DNA from: Alphaproteobacteria bacterium
GTDB taxonomy: Bacteria; Pseudomonadota; Alphaproteobacteria; 16-39-46; JABJFC01
Assembly: GCA_018662925.1 (NCBI GenBank)
Contig: JABJFC010000057.1
Span: forward strand, 19,194-83,193
Length of the DNA: 64,000 nt
Direction of reading: 5' to 3'
Positions within the stretch are counted from its first letter, which is position 1; each line of letters opens with the position of its first letter. The notes beneath the pieces were generated by a model that saw only the letters and a program-made list of their open reading frames with translations, had not been told where the DNA came from and made no database searches. This document shows positions 1 through 10,168 of this stretch, piece after piece. A program made the position numbers and the translations under genes.

Positions 1-36
1 AAACAATTCGTTTGTTTGGCGATCGGTATTTCCTTT

Positions 37-1143
37 TCAAGAAGGGCTAGACTTGTCTATCACTCTATATCTTGTCGCTTTTCCTTGACCGATCCTGGCT
101 AGGCATTTCAGGGCAACTAACTTTTTGGTGCTTTCTTCTATGGTGCGAGCAGGAAAACCTAAAGCTTCTATGGCATCCTTTCGACTAAATTCGGAATCTC
201 TGGTGGTTGCCCACTGCCATAAAGAGAGTTGCCTTTCCGAAAGGACATATTCGATATTATCACTCTCGATAAGTTCTAGAGCTTGCAGGCTTTGATTTCT
301 AACAACATCTAGGAAGAATAATAGCCAAGGACCAATATCCTCAGTTTTACTTTTCCAAGTTCTTTGCGTCTTATTGAGAGCCAGATAATACTCTGCTTTG
401 ACTGACTCTATCACTCTTTCATGGGAAACGAGGGGTGTAAAAAGGTACCCCTGTTGCAAGAGCATGAGGTTTGTCAGTAATCTACTCGTTCTACCATTGC
501 CATCTTGGAAAGGATGGATGGCTAAATATTCGAATATAAAGTTTGCTACTAGAATTAGGGGATGTTTCAGCTTTTTTTCAATAGCCCAGTTGTACCAATC
601 GACCAGTTCATGCATCTCTTTTTTTACTAAGTATGGTGGGGTCGGATCAAAAATTACTCCCACAACATTTCCAGTATGATCCTTTGCTTCAACGCGGTTG
701 GAGCCAAATTTGTACTCGCCTTTATGGCGGTCATCTTTTTCACTATGAATCAACATATCATGATGCAGCTTGAGTATGAATGACTCGCTAATTGAGAGGT
801 CTTGATAGTTTTCAAGGACGAGCTCAAGACATTGCAGATATCCTGCAACTTCCTGCTCATCACGTGTTTTCAATTTTTTGATGCGCAAATTTTTGTATAG
901 ATTTTCCACTTCTATATCGGACAAGCGGTTGCCCTCAATTCGGTTGGAGGCACCTGTTGACGTTATAATCACTGAGTGCGTCAATCTTTGAATCGTTTGA
1001 GGGAGTAATTTTCCCGTAATGGCCCAACTATTCTTTACGGCGTCAATTTCTGCAATAGCGGCATACACCTTCTCGACGATAGAAGAATCTAAGTTTAACC
1101 TCACAGAAAGGCGAAATGTATCCCAGGTCATGTATTTACTCAC
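37..1143 (-). CDS. Fic-domain protein (AMPylase family) with C-terminal winged-HTH
   Basis: Fic motif HPFQDGNGRTSR; N-terminal inhibitory-type motif SNRIEGN; C-terminal HTH-like segment ending GQGKATRY. Confidence 0.92.
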   Translation of the reverse strand: MSKYMTWDTFRLSVRLNLDSSIVEKVYAAIAEIDAVKNSWAITGKLLPQTIQRLTHSVIITSTGASNRIEGNRLSDIEVENLYKNLRIKKLKTRDEQEVAGYLQCLELVLENYQDLSISESFILKLHHDMLIHSEKDDRHKGEYKFGSNRVEAKDHTGNVVGVIFDPTPPYLVKKEMHELVDWYNWAIEKKLKHPLILVANFIFEYLAIHPFQDGNGRTSRLLTNLMLLQQGYLFTPLVSHERVIESVKAEYYLALNKTQRTWKSKTEDIGPWLLFFLDVVRNQSLQALELIESDNIEYVLSERQLSLWQWATTRDSEFSRKDAIEALGFPARTIEESTKKLVALKCLARIGQGKATRYRVIDKSSPS

Positions 1144-1239
1144 ATTTACTCTATGTGAGATTATGTGAGATTATGTGAGAAAAGTCAAAAACTTTTCACA
1201 TTTACTCTATGTGAGATTATGTGAGTATATGTGAGAAAA
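1141..1239. repeat. Duplicated ~43-bp unit, each with three TATGTGAG repeats at 10-bp period, in the fic promoter region
   Basis: cacatttactctatgtgagattatgtgag(at/ta)tatgtgagaaaa at 1141-1183 and 1197-1239. Confidence 0.85.
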
Positions 1240-1356
1240 ACTTTAGATGATATATTTCTGAAAAGTTTGGGAGGTCTTTCTGGAGGATAATCCTTGCATT
1301 TTTGATGCCGAAGAGGGTAAACATGGGGGACTTCAGATTTACAAAGGATTTAGACT

Positions 1357-3174
1357 GTGACTGCACTTCGTAACATTGCCATTATTGCCCACGTGGACCA
1401 TGGAAAAACAACACTTGTGGATGCCATGCTGCAACAGAGTGGGGCCTATAGAGAGAACCAAGCTGTTACTGAGCGGGCCATGGATTCTGGGGATCTTGAG
1501 AAAGAGCGTGGCATAACCATTCTGGCTAAGTGCACCTCATTAATTTGGGATAAGACCCGTATCAACATTGTAGATACACCAGGCCATGCCGACTTTGGGG
1601 GCGAGGTAGAGCGGATCCTGGATATGGTGGATGGCGTGCTTTTGCTGGTGGACAGTGTGGATGGTCCCATGCCGCAGACCAAGTTTGTGTTGACCAAGGC
1701 TTTGAAACTGGGTCTTAAGCCTATTGTTGTGATAAATAAATCCGATCGTCCGGATGCGCGTGTTGACGAAGTTCATTCTGAAATATTTGACCTCTTTTCA
1801 GCATTGGATGCGACGGAAGAGCAACTAGACTTTCCAGTTATTTTCGCTTCTGCTAAGGAGGGCTGGGCCGTTGATGATATGGCAGATGAAAAGAATGGTG
1901 TCGGGCCCTTGTTCGATATGATCCTAAAGTATGTTCCGCTTCCAAAAGAATCCGTTGAAGAGCCCTTTTCATTCTTAGTATCTATGATGGACTATGATTC
2001 CTATTTGGGACGAGTTTTTACAGGCCGGATCCACGGTGGAATTGCAAATATAAATATGCCTCTCAAGGCATTGAACTTAAAGGGTGAAGTGGTAGAAGAG
2101 GGTCGTTTAACAAAGCTTTTAGCTTTTAGGAACTTGGGTAGGGAACCCATAGAGCACGCGGAAGCGGGTGATATTATTTCTATCGCTGGACTAAAGAATG
2201 TAACGGTTACGGATACCCTGTGTGCCATGAGTGTTGAAAAACCGTTGCCTGCGTTGCCCATTGATCCTCCCACATTGATGATGACTTTTTCGGTTAACGA
2301 TTCGCCCTTTGCGGGACGGGAAGGATCAAAGGTTACCTCACGTATGATTCGGGATCGTCTCTTCCAAGAGAAAGAAGGAAACGTCGCGATCCGCGTTAAG
2401 GAAAGCGAAGGCAAAGATTCATTCGAAGTTGCTGGTAGAGGGGAACTACAATTGGGTGTTCTGATTGAGACCATGCGACGTGAAGGTTTCGAGCTCTCCA
2501 TTAGCCGTCCTCGTGTTCTCTTTATGGATGATCCTGATACGGGCGCCAAACTTGAGCCTATGGAAGAGGCTCAGATCGATGTGGATGATGAATTCACAGG
2601 TGTTGTCATTGAAAAGATGGGGCTTCGAAAAGCAGAGTTATTAGACATGGCACCCTCAGGGGGCGGAAAGACGCGCTTGAAATTTATCATTCCAACACGT
2701 GGACTCATTGGATATCAGAACGAATTTATGTCTGACACGCGGGGAACAGGCGTAATGAGCCGCCTTTTCAGTGGATTTGCGCCTTACAAGGGAGAGATAG
2801 GATCCCGTCGTAATGGGGTGCTGATTTCCACTGAAACTGGAAAGGCAGTGGCTTATGCTCTTTGGAAACTAGAAGATCGTGGATTCATGGTCATTGATTC
2901 GGGGATGGATGTTTATAAAGGAATGATCATTGGAGAAAACAGTCGTCCCAATGACTTAGAAGTGAATCCCATCAAAGAGAAACAACTTACTAACGTTCGA
3001 GCGTCAGGAAAAGATGATGCGATTCAGCTTACACCACCCCGTAAGATGACTCTGGAGCAGTCTATGTCTTATATTGGTGACGATGAGCTGATTGAGGTTA
3101 CACCCAAGAACATCCGTTTAAGAAAACGTTATCTGGAGTCACATATTCGTAAGCGGGCTTCTAGGGAGCAATAA
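1357..3174 (+). CDS. typA: Translational GTPase TypA/BipA
   Basis: [36 protein letters not shown]; full-length 605 aa. Confidence 0.98.
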   Translation: MTALRNIAIIAHVDHGKTTLVDAMLQQSGAYRENQAVTERAMDSGDLEKERGITILAKCTSLIWDKTRINIVDTPGHADFGGEVERILDMVDGVLLLVDSVDGPMPQTKFVLTKALKLGLKPIVVINKSDRPDARVDEVHSEIFDLFSALDATEEQLDFPVIFASAKEGWAVDDMADEKNGVGPLFDMILKYVPLPKESVEEPFSFLVSMMDYDSYLGRVFTGRIHGGIANINMPLKALNLKGEVVEEGRLTKLLAFRNLGREPIEHAEAGDIISIAGLKNVTVTDTLCAMSVEKPLPALPIDPPTLMMTFSVNDSPFAGREGSKVTSRMIRDRLFQEKEGNVAIRVKESEGKDSFEVAGRGELQLGVLIETMRREGFELSISRPRVLFMDDPDTGAKLEPMEEAQIDVDDEFTGVVIEKMGLRKAELLDMAPSGGGKTRLKFIIPTRGLIGYQNEFMSDTRGTGVMSRLFSGFAPYKGEIGSRRNGVLISTETGKAVAYALWKLEDRGFMVIDSGMDVYKGMIIGENSRPNDLEVNPIKEKQLTNVRASGKDDAIQLTPPRKMTLEQSMSYIGDDELIEVTPKNIRLRKRYLESHIRKRASREQ

Positions 3175-3393
3175 GCTTAATTCAACTAGAGCGACTCTCA
3201 ATTTTTGAGTTTCATTTTTTGCAAAGTGGCATTGCTAATGCCATAAACGCAGTAAAATTGGCCTTTGCGACGCCATAAATGTAGTGATCATTTCATGTTT
3301 CCTAGGCATTTCGCGATGGTAATCCCTAGACTCAGCAATGTTAAGCGGCATTGTTAAACAGAAGACTAATGGCCTCAGATTCCACTATAGAGT

Positions 3394-3918
3394 TTAAATA
3401 TCTTCAGCCGTTACAGGTACAAGCGTCCCAGAATCTGGGTCTTGCTCCAGTTCCTCAGGGGAGTCTGTTTCCATCTCAGCTTCTTCATCCAGTTCCTCGA
3501 GAACTGGATGTGGAAGAATCATGTCGGGTGCAGTTGGTTTGTTAGTCCAACGCAAGACCACGGCCTTTTGCTTAATATTATTTGTTGCTACCCCGCCCTT
3601 CCATATTTTATTTTCATTGGGAGGAAAATTCTGGTCAACGTCTTCAACTATAATGACATCACCTCCCATTTTTCCCGCATCATTTCGGAGTTTATTATGG
3701 CATGCCTTGATGTTTGCTTCGATATCTCTAGCGTTTAATCCTACCTCACAATGTACGTTTCCAATTTCCTCCAGATTATCTAAGTCATCTTCGCCGAGGC
3801 CCTCAATTTTTGAGATTTTCACAGATTCACCGTCGGAATTAAGGTCGTGCATTGGCGAATGTGAACAAGCGTTTATGACAAATAGGAGACTGATAAATAA
3901 AAGAAACCTGACGTTCAT
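3394..3918 (-). CDS. Putative lipoprotein (DUF4156-like) with acidic C-terminal tail
   Basis: Signal with lipobox MNVRFLLFISLLFVINA-C; core C..KLRNDAGKMGGDVIIV; start moved to the ATG at 3918. Confidence 0.6.
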   Translation of the reverse strand: MNVRFLLFISLLFVINACSHSPMHDLNSDGESVKISKIEGLGEDDLDNLEEIGNVHCEVGLNARDIEANIKACHNKLRNDAGKMGGDVIIVEDVDQNFPPNENKIWKGGVATNNIKQKAVVLRWTNKPTAPDMILPHPVLEELDEEAEMETDSPEELEQDPDSGTLVPVTAEDI

Positions 3919-4118
3919 TGGATACATTCTTATACTCCCGTGCATGCTGTGCAATTCTTATAATTCTTTATCCTACATCTTACTATTTATGCAGAGAAAC
4001 GCAAGGGAGATTTGGTTTTGAAATCTACGATAGGAAATTAAAATCATTGTGAACAAAATCATAGAAACAATGAAGGTTATCCTATATGATCGCGGCGAAG
4101 CCCAAGGAGGAGAGAATT

Positions 4119-5039
4119 GTGACCCATACGAAAGCTGTGGACACGCAGAGGACCATACAAAGAAAGCCAGATTGGATCCGTGTGAAAGCGCCCGTATCTG
4201 AGGAATATCACAATACTCGTAAGTTAATGCGTCAGCTAAACTTAAACACAGTTTGTGAAGAAGCGGCTTGTCCTAACATTGGGGAGTGTTGGGCAAAGAA
4301 GCATGCGACGGTGATGATCTTGGGGAGTGTGTGTACGAGGGCTTGCGCCTTTTGTAATGTGAAAACAGGCCGACCCGATCTCTTAGATCCTCACGAACCT
4401 GAGAATGTGGCCATAGCAGTGGGCAAAATGGGGCTCTCTCATGTGGTCATTACGTCGGTGGATAGAGATGACTTAGATGACGGTGGCGCGGACCATTTTG
4501 GGCAAGTTATTGAGAAAATAAGAGAACACGCTCCCAGGACGACCATTGAAGTCTTGACCCCTGACTTTTTAAGAAAAGCAGGTGCCATAGGGCGTGTAGT
4601 GAAAGCACGTCCAGATGTGTACAATCATAATTTGGAAACTGTACCAAGGCTTTATGCCACTGTGCGTCCTGGTGCTCGTTATTTCCATTCGCTGAAGCTT
4701 TTAAGTCAGGTAAAAGAATTGGACCCAAGAATGTTTACCAAGTCAGGACTCATGGTTGGGCTTGGAGAATCGAAATCAGAGATCTATCAAGTTATGGATG
4801 ATCTTCGTGCTGCAGAGGTAGATTTCTTGACCATTGGTCAGTATTTACAACCTACTCCTAAGCATCATCCAGTTGAAAGGTTTGTCCCTCCAGCTGAGTT
4901 TGAGGAGTACGCAAAAATGGCTCGTGGAAAAGGATTTTTAATGGTATCTGCTTCGCCATTAACCCGTTCTTCTTATCATGCTGGAGATGACTTTGAGCAG
5001 TTAAAAGCGAATCGTTTGGCCCAAGAAGAGGTTTCGTGA
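4119..5039 (+). CDS. lipA: Lipoyl synthase
   Basis: [12 protein letters not shown] and CTRACAFC cluster motifs, RSSYHA; GTG start 8 nt after AGGAGG (alternative ATG at 4086). Confidence 0.97.
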   Translation: MTHTKAVDTQRTIQRKPDWIRVKAPVSEEYHNTRKLMRQLNLNTVCEEAACPNIGECWAKKHATVMILGSVCTRACAFCNVKTGRPDLLDPHEPENVAIAVGKMGLSHVVITSVDRDDLDDGGADHFGQVIEKIREHAPRTTIEVLTPDFLRKAGAIGRVVKARPDVYNHNLETVPRLYATVRPGARYFHSLKLLSQVKELDPRMFTKSGLMVGLGESKSEIYQVMDDLRAAEVDFLTIGQYLQPTPKHHPVERFVPPAEFEEYAKMARGKGFLMVSASPLTRSSYHAGDDFEQLKANRLAQEEVS

Positions 5040-5489
5040 GTGCCCACCCATCGTGAGAAATACTTCCTTCCCTATACGGTCGAGCAGATCTATGATCTTG
5101 TGGTTGATATAGACCGTTATCCTGAATTTTTGCCATGGTGTCTGGAAGCCCATGTTCGGGAAAAATCGCGAAAAAAGATCATAGCTGATCTTGCCGTGGG
5201 CTATTCAATTTTCAAGGAGAGATTTACATCTCGTGTTCTGTTATCTCCACCAAATCGAATTGATGTGGTCTATGAAGAAGGGCCGTTTGAACATTTGGAT
5301 AACCACTGGATTTTTACGCCAATCAACAAAAAGCATGGGAACAAAACCCTATTGTGTGAAATAGATTTCTATGTAGACTTCGCTTTCAAATCCCCTACAT
5401 TCGAAAAGTTGATGCAAGGTTTTTTCGTACAAGCTGTTCATCATATGGTTCAGGCTTTTGAGGAAAGGGCCAAAACTCTTTACGGATAG
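5040..5489 (+). CDS. Coq10/RatA (PasT) START-domain protein
   Basis: YDLVVDIDRYPEFLPWC, GPFEHLDNHWIF, AFEERA; typical position after lipA in alphaproteobacteria. Confidence 0.9.
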   Translation: MPTHREKYFLPYTVEQIYDLVVDIDRYPEFLPWCLEAHVREKSRKKIIADLAVGYSIFKERFTSRVLLSPPNRIDVVYEEGPFEHLDNHWIFTPINKKHGNKTLLCEIDFYVDFAFKSPTFEKLMQGFFVQAVHHMVQAFEERAKTLYG

Positions 5490-6334
5490 CTATTCATAGC
5501 CATGTTGGGTGAGAATGTAGGTCGATCAGACTCCTGAAAAAAATACTCGATCACTTCTGACTTCGTTTTGCATTTGAATTTTTTCTTTACATTTACGATA
5601 TACTGTTCAACGGTCCTCGGTGATAGCCCCATATCACAGGCTGTCTCTTTCATGGTTTTCCCTTTGGAAATATGAGAGATGCATTCATGTTCTCTACAGG
5701 AAAGTTGTGCCCCAACACCTGGGGTGTGAGCCTCAATGTCCCTGAAGAAAGAGAGCCTGTTTTCGGAGTTGTGCTTTGGGATGCAGAGATTTCCGAAATC
5801 AAGCATTTTAGCCGGCACTGTTATCACTTCGTTTGGTGGATTGATGATAAAATCACTCGCTTTTTCTTTGAAATAAAAGGAGTACTGGGTAAGGAGGGCT
5901 TGATGATTGACGAAAAAGTCAATTATTTGATGTGAATCACGTGTGCTGGAAAAATAAAATGCCTCGGCATAATTTTTATACCTTTTATAGATGCTGAGAC
6001 CATTCCATATATTTGATTCATATAGAGAAGAAGTGAGCTGAGATTGAGGAAGCGTTTCCCACAAAACGAAATTGGAATCATCTACCGGAATTTTTTCCAG
6101 CATATTTCGATAGTGAGATTCGTTATCATAAAACTTTTTCTGAAGATAAAACTTCAGCCAGTCCGTATTTGTACACAGCTGTAAATGAGTGCCGTCTTCA
6201 AAAAATCTGATGTAAGAAAAAACAGTTATTCCGAAATTCTTGAAGAGAGGCTCGCAAAGTTCAACGAGCTGCGCGTTTATTTCGCAATTATACTTCCACG
6301 TCGACTTATTCATCGCATTGGCAGAAACTGTCAT
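5480..6334 (-). CDS. LuxR-family transcriptional regulator (N-terminal sensor domain, C-terminal HTH)
   Basis: C-terminal LSCREHECISHISKGKTMKETACDMGLSPRTVEQY. Confidence 0.85.
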   Translation of the reverse strand: MTVSANAMNKSTWKYNCEINAQLVELCEPLFKNFGITVFSYIRFFEDGTHLQLCTNTDWLKFYLQKKFYDNESHYRNMLEKIPVDDSNFVLWETLPQSQLTSSLYESNIWNGLSIYKRYKNYAEAFYFSSTRDSHQIIDFFVNHQALLTQYSFYFKEKASDFIINPPNEVITVPAKMLDFGNLCIPKHNSENRLSFFRDIEAHTPGVGAQLSCREHECISHISKGKTMKETACDMGLSPRTVEQYIVNVKKKFKCKTKSEVIEYFFQESDRPTFSPNMAMNSYP

Positions 6335-6449
6335 ACTTTACCCCTTAGTTAGTATTTGACTTTCTTTTAAAAACATTGTCAACATTTTTTGTAAATTGGG
6401 CATTCCAGGTTTTGTACATTGTTTTGTTTCAATGAGTTAAAAGAGGAAA

Positions 6450-6848
6450 GTGGTTATGAAAAAAGACTTTTATTATTTATCTCATCCCTATAATGGGACC
6501 GATTCGGAAAAAGAAAGTAGAGTTTCGGCTGCAAAAAGCGCCTGTATCCATATGCTAGAGAATAATATTCATGTTTTTAGTCCGATTCTTCACAACCATA
6601 CAATCATTGCTTCTTTTGGGACGTTGAGTTTGGAAGATCGGCGGCGCATGTTTTTGTCATTTGATTTTTCCCTACTGTCGGCCTCTGCCGCAATGATCTT
6701 ATTAAAACTTGATGGTTGGAAGAACTCTTATGGAGTTCAAAAGGAAGTTGAGTTTTGTGAAGAACAGCAAATTCCAATCTTTGAATATTCTTTGGAAGAA
6801 TTGTTGAAGGTAAAAAGCTTTTCAGATGAGGTGAGGTCCGTAGGGTAG
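6450..6848 (+). CDS. DUF1937 / nucleoside 2-deoxyribosyltransferase-like protein
   Basis: YYLSHPY, VFSPILHNH, LKLDGWKNSYGVQKEVEF. Confidence 0.75.
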   Translation: MVMKKDFYYLSHPYNGTDSEKESRVSAAKSACIHMLENNIHVFSPILHNHTIIASFGTLSLEDRRRMFLSFDFSLLSASAAMILLKLDGWKNSYGVQKEVEFCEEQQIPIFEYSLEELLKVKSFSDEVRSVG

Positions 6849-6920
6849 GGGGTTGCTATAGGGGTTGTTTCTTGTTAAAAGGCGACCAAGAGTTCAGTGC
6901 AAACAAAGGGAGATAACTCC

Positions 6921-7520
6921 ATGTTGGTAACTCCACAACGTTTTAACCCACCCATTTCGTCGGTATTTCCGCAGCTTGGCAATTTGTCTATTTTGCAGCA
7001 ATTCGCGCTAGCGATTGTTGGGACATTGTTTCTGACAATTTCTGCAAAGGTACAAGTTCCCATTTGGCCAGTCAAAGTCAGCATGCAGACTTCGGCGCTG
7101 GTCCTCATTGGGATTCTATATGGTCCTAGATTAGGGATCGCAACTGTTTTTCTCTATATGTTGGAGGGAATTAGTGGGTTCCCCGTTTTCCAAGGGACAC
7201 CTGATCGCGGGTTAGGGATATCTTACATGATGGGCCCTACTGGCGGCTACCTTTTGGGCTTTTTCGCTTTAACGTATTTCATGGGAGTGTTTTTTGAAAA
7301 AGGATACGGTTCTAAACTTACGAAGGCGCTTCCCGCGGTCTTTGTAGCTTTTTGCTCGTTATACGTACCAGGGGTAGCTTGGTTGAGCTATCTCATAGGC
7401 GTTGAGAAAGGCTTACACTTAGGACTGTATGTTTTCCTCCCTTCGGCTTTTCTCCAAATGGGATTGTGTGCAACGCTGTGGTTAATGTTTTCTAGAAAGT
7501 GTTGTAAAGTTGAAAACTAG
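6921..7520 (+). CDS. bioY: Biotin transporter BioY (ECF S component)
   Basis: PVKVSMQT, EGISGFPVF, MMGPTGGYLLGF; several TM helices; ATG at 6921 follows GGGAG. Confidence 0.92.
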   Translation: MLVTPQRFNPPISSVFPQLGNLSILQQFALAIVGTLFLTISAKVQVPIWPVKVSMQTSALVLIGILYGPRLGIATVFLYMLEGISGFPVFQGTPDRGLGISYMMGPTGGYLLGFFALTYFMGVFFEKGYGSKLTKALPAVFVAFCSLYVPGVAWLSYLIGVEKGLHLGLYVFLPSAFLQMGLCATLWLMFSRKCCKVEN

Positions 7521-7642
7521 AGGATGTTCTGAACTTTTTTTGCATGTTTCTAACAAATATTTGTTGACATTATAGTGTAGGGGCTCCTTTAGTGTATTTC
7601 GCAACTTGTATTTCTACTGCAGTAGGGCTTTGTTAGTTACCG

Positions 7643-9097
7643 ATGCAATTTTCAGATCTTGGGTTAGATGAAAAAACGTTAAAGGCTGTTGATGAGGCCG
7701 GGTTTAAGTCACCAACACCCATTCAATCAAAAACGATTCCCATATTTCTAGATGGGAAAGATGTTCTTGCTTCAGCGCAAACTGGAACGGGAAAATCGGC
7801 TTCTTTTTTGCTCCCGCTTATGTGTTTGCTTTCCCAAGGTCGTGCTAGGGCACGGATGCCGCGCGCGTTGATACTAGAGCCAACCCGAGAATTAGCGGCG
7901 CAATTGGATTCAGAATTTAAAAAGTTAGGAAAGCACCACAAACTGAATAGTGTTCTTATCGTTGGCGGAGAGTCAATGGAGGAACAAGAAAGATTGTTGG
8001 CAAAGGGCGCCGATGTCCTTATTGTGACGCCCGGACGTTTATTAGATCTTTTTTCCAGAGGGAGGATCCTTCTGACGGCTGTGAAGTATCTGGTTATTGA
8101 TGAAGCAGATAGGATGTTAGATATGGGATTTATTCCCGATCTAAAGGAGATTGTCAGAAAGTTACCTGCCAAAAGACAGACGCTTCTATTCTCAGCGACG
8201 ATGCCATCTGAAATTCGGAAACTTGCTCATGGCTTTTTGGTAAATCCAGAAGAAGTCGCGATTGAATCCAAGACGACAACAGCTGAAACCATTGACCAAT
8301 ATTTGGTTAAACTGGATTTTCTCTCGAAAAAGGCTACCGAACAGCAAGTAGGTGTCGTTAAAAGGGCTGCTTTGAGATACCTTTTAGAGAAACAGCATAT
8401 TGAACAAGCTATTATTTTTTGTAATCGAAAAAGAGACGTTGATAGTCTTAACCTTTCTTTAAAAAGACATGGTTATGACAGTGAAGCTCTTCATGGGGAT
8501 TTCCCTCAATCTAAGAGGCGAGAAATACTAGATTCGGTTAAATCTGGTGATGTTCACATACTGGTTGCAAGTGACGTAGCTGCACGAGGTCTCCATATAG
8601 ACGAAATTAGCCATGTTTTTAGTTTTGATGTCCCAACAAACCCTGAAGAGTACGTTCATCGTATTGGTCGCACAGGTCGAGCAGGGAAGTCTGGTGAATC
8701 TTATCTTTTTGAGACGCCAAAGGACCATAAATTAATGCAGGCTGTTATTACTGCCATCGGTCATCCGATAGACGCTGTGGATCTCTCTGGTTTTTCGGCA
8801 CCTGACTACTTAGCACCAGCTAGTAAGAAAAAGATGCCTGCTAAAGGACAAGGAGCTAAGGTAACTGAAAGCCAAAAGCCGTCTGTAGATGACCTGCCTC
8901 GTAAGGATGAGAGTCAGCCAAGAAAAGAAGCCTTAGAAGACAGACGAGAGAGGCGACACAACTGGAATAGGATTGAAACCGAAACTTTGCCAGAAGTTGG
9001 TTTTGGCGAGACAATCCCTGCCTTTATGAAAGTTATTCCAGCAAGTACAGGGCCTGATGCTAAAAAATCTCCTGAGAAATCAAAAAAGAAAAAGTAA
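7643..9097 (+). CDS. DEAD-box ATP-dependent RNA helicase (RhlE-like)
   Basis: AQTGTGKS, PTRELA, DEADRMLDMGF, SAT, YVHRIGRTGRAG. Confidence 0.95.
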   Translation: MQFSDLGLDEKTLKAVDEAGFKSPTPIQSKTIPIFLDGKDVLASAQTGTGKSASFLLPLMCLLSQGRARARMPRALILEPTRELAAQLDSEFKKLGKHHKLNSVLIVGGESMEEQERLLAKGADVLIVTPGRLLDLFSRGRILLTAVKYLVIDEADRMLDMGFIPDLKEIVRKLPAKRQTLLFSATMPSEIRKLAHGFLVNPEEVAIESKTTTAETIDQYLVKLDFLSKKATEQQVGVVKRAALRYLLEKQHIEQAIIFCNRKRDVDSLNLSLKRHGYDSEALHGDFPQSKRREILDSVKSGDVHILVASDVAARGLHIDEISHVFSFDVPTNPEEYVHRIGRTGRAGKSGESYLFETPKDHKLMQAVITAIGHPIDAVDLSGFSAPDYLAPASKKKMPAKGQGAKVTESQKPSVDDLPRKDESQPRKEALEDRRERRHNWNRIETETLPEVGFGETIPAFMKVIPASTGPDAKKSPEKSKKKK

Positions 9098-9195
9098 AAA
9101 AGAATATTTAAGGGGCAATTTCTGCTTTTTTAGTGCTCTAGCGTGTGAAAAATACTTGCTTTTTTTATTGTGGCGGGTTAAATCCTTTAACCGAA

Positions 9196-9271
9196 GTCCC
9201 CATCGTCTAGCGGTCTAGGACATTGCCCTTTCAAGGCGAAAACACGGGTTCGAGTCCCGTTGGGGACGCCA
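9196..9271 (+). tRNA. tRNA-Glu (anticodon TTC)
   Basis: GTCCCCA/TGGGGAC acceptor stem, anticodon arm TTGCC-CTTTCAA-GGCGA, GGTTCGAGTCC T-arm, encoded CCA. Confidence 0.97.
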
Positions 9272-9378
9272 TCCGTCTTCGCTTCGCTACGACGTGATAA
9301 TCCGTTAGGGTTAGAGAAGCTAGACGGGCTGATCAATACATTTTCGCTACATCCGTCTTCGTTTCTCTACGAAGTGAT
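9271..9378 (+). repeat. Two copies of short repeat family C (ATCCGTCTTCG..CTACGA.GTGAT) directly after the tRNA
   Basis: Copies at 9271-9298 and 9351-9378; related copy on the opposite strand at 55646-55691. Confidence 0.7.
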
Positions 9379-9440
9379 ATATCGCTACGATGGGCTACGC
9401 CTTTCCACAAGCAGCACTACGTAAAAATCTGCTGCCCTGT

Positions 9441-9577
9441 ATCATTCCTTGCATTAGCAATCATTGGCTAAGCCTTAGGCTGCCATATGATTCCTTAGGA
9501 TCTGGATTCCAGGCACTCTACTACTCACCGGATTAAGACGCCGGGTCGCCTAGAGTGCCTAAAGGTTCTGACATGAC
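9441..9577. repeat. Degenerate composite REP-like palindromic element (family B fused to family A)
   Basis: cattagcaatcattggc..gcc..atgattcctta matches family B; tggattcc..ctcta..caccggattaagacgccgg.tcgcctagag..ggttctgacatgac matches family A. Confidence 0.7.
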
Positions 9578-9767
9578 ACCATTGTGCTCGAGGCTCATCT
9601 CTCTTTCCAGTCATCTGTTACTAGCCAAACAAATATTCTGATTTTTCAAGCCATTAAAACCTATTTCGTGTAATAAAAACGAACATCTAATAAATAGAAC
9701 GTAAAGGGATAGTTTTATTAATATTACACTACTTAAGGTTATTTGGTCACCGCATATAAAGGCTGGA

Positions 9768-9838
9768 TGTGGAAAACTCTGTTGAAAAAATGAAATTCCT
9801 AATATTTATAGCTTTTTATTTGGGCCAACTTATCCACA
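9768..9838. promoter_or_regulatory. DnaA-box-like sites in an AT-rich intergenic region
   Basis: TTATCCACA (perfect) at 9830-9838; TGTGGAAAA (1 mismatch) at 9768-9776. Confidence 0.45.
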
Positions 9839-9955
9839 GACATCAAAAAAGTGTTTTATATCAAAACGTTACCCTCTTCTTCTTTAGGTAAAAATTTTAT
9901 TTAATTTTTTTAAAATTTGCTATTGATTTTTTTTTTGAGCATGCTAGATTATAAA

Positions 9956-10032
9956 TAACAATAACAAAAAAATTAGCACACATGACCACAGTGCATAACT
10001 CTTGGGGTGGACGTAATGTCCACCATTTTATT
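9956..10032 (+). ncRNA. Candidate small RNA
   Basis: TTGATT-N16-TAGATT promoter (9923-9950) with extended TG, no ORF, A/C-rich 5' end, hairpin GGTGGAC-gtaat-GTCCACC followed by ATTTTATT. Confidence 0.35.
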
Positions 10033-10117
10033 ATCAGCAGCTTTTGTATTCGGAACCGAGAGGATCAACCAGAGTTGATTACTTCTTAAGTTGGTTTTGT
10101 TTCTTCGCATTCAGAAC

Positions 10118-10148
10118 AAAAAAAATGCCCCCATAAAGGGAGCATTTT
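10118..10148 (-). terminator. Rho-independent terminator downstream of the XRE regulator (possibly bidirectional)
   Basis: aaaaaaaaTGCCCC-cataaa-GGGAGCAtttt. Confidence 0.6.
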
Positions 10149-10168
10149 AGTTGATAATGTAGCCTTAC

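Noticed and set aside
1141..1239. Possible CRISPR array (also considered for the REP-like repeats)
   Set aside because: No unique spacers of regular length and no cas genes in the window
3184..3340. Possible IS5-like terminal remnant after typA (CTAG-flanked, short ANFTAFMALA frame on the minus strand)
   Set aside because: Too short and degenerate to support without a database search
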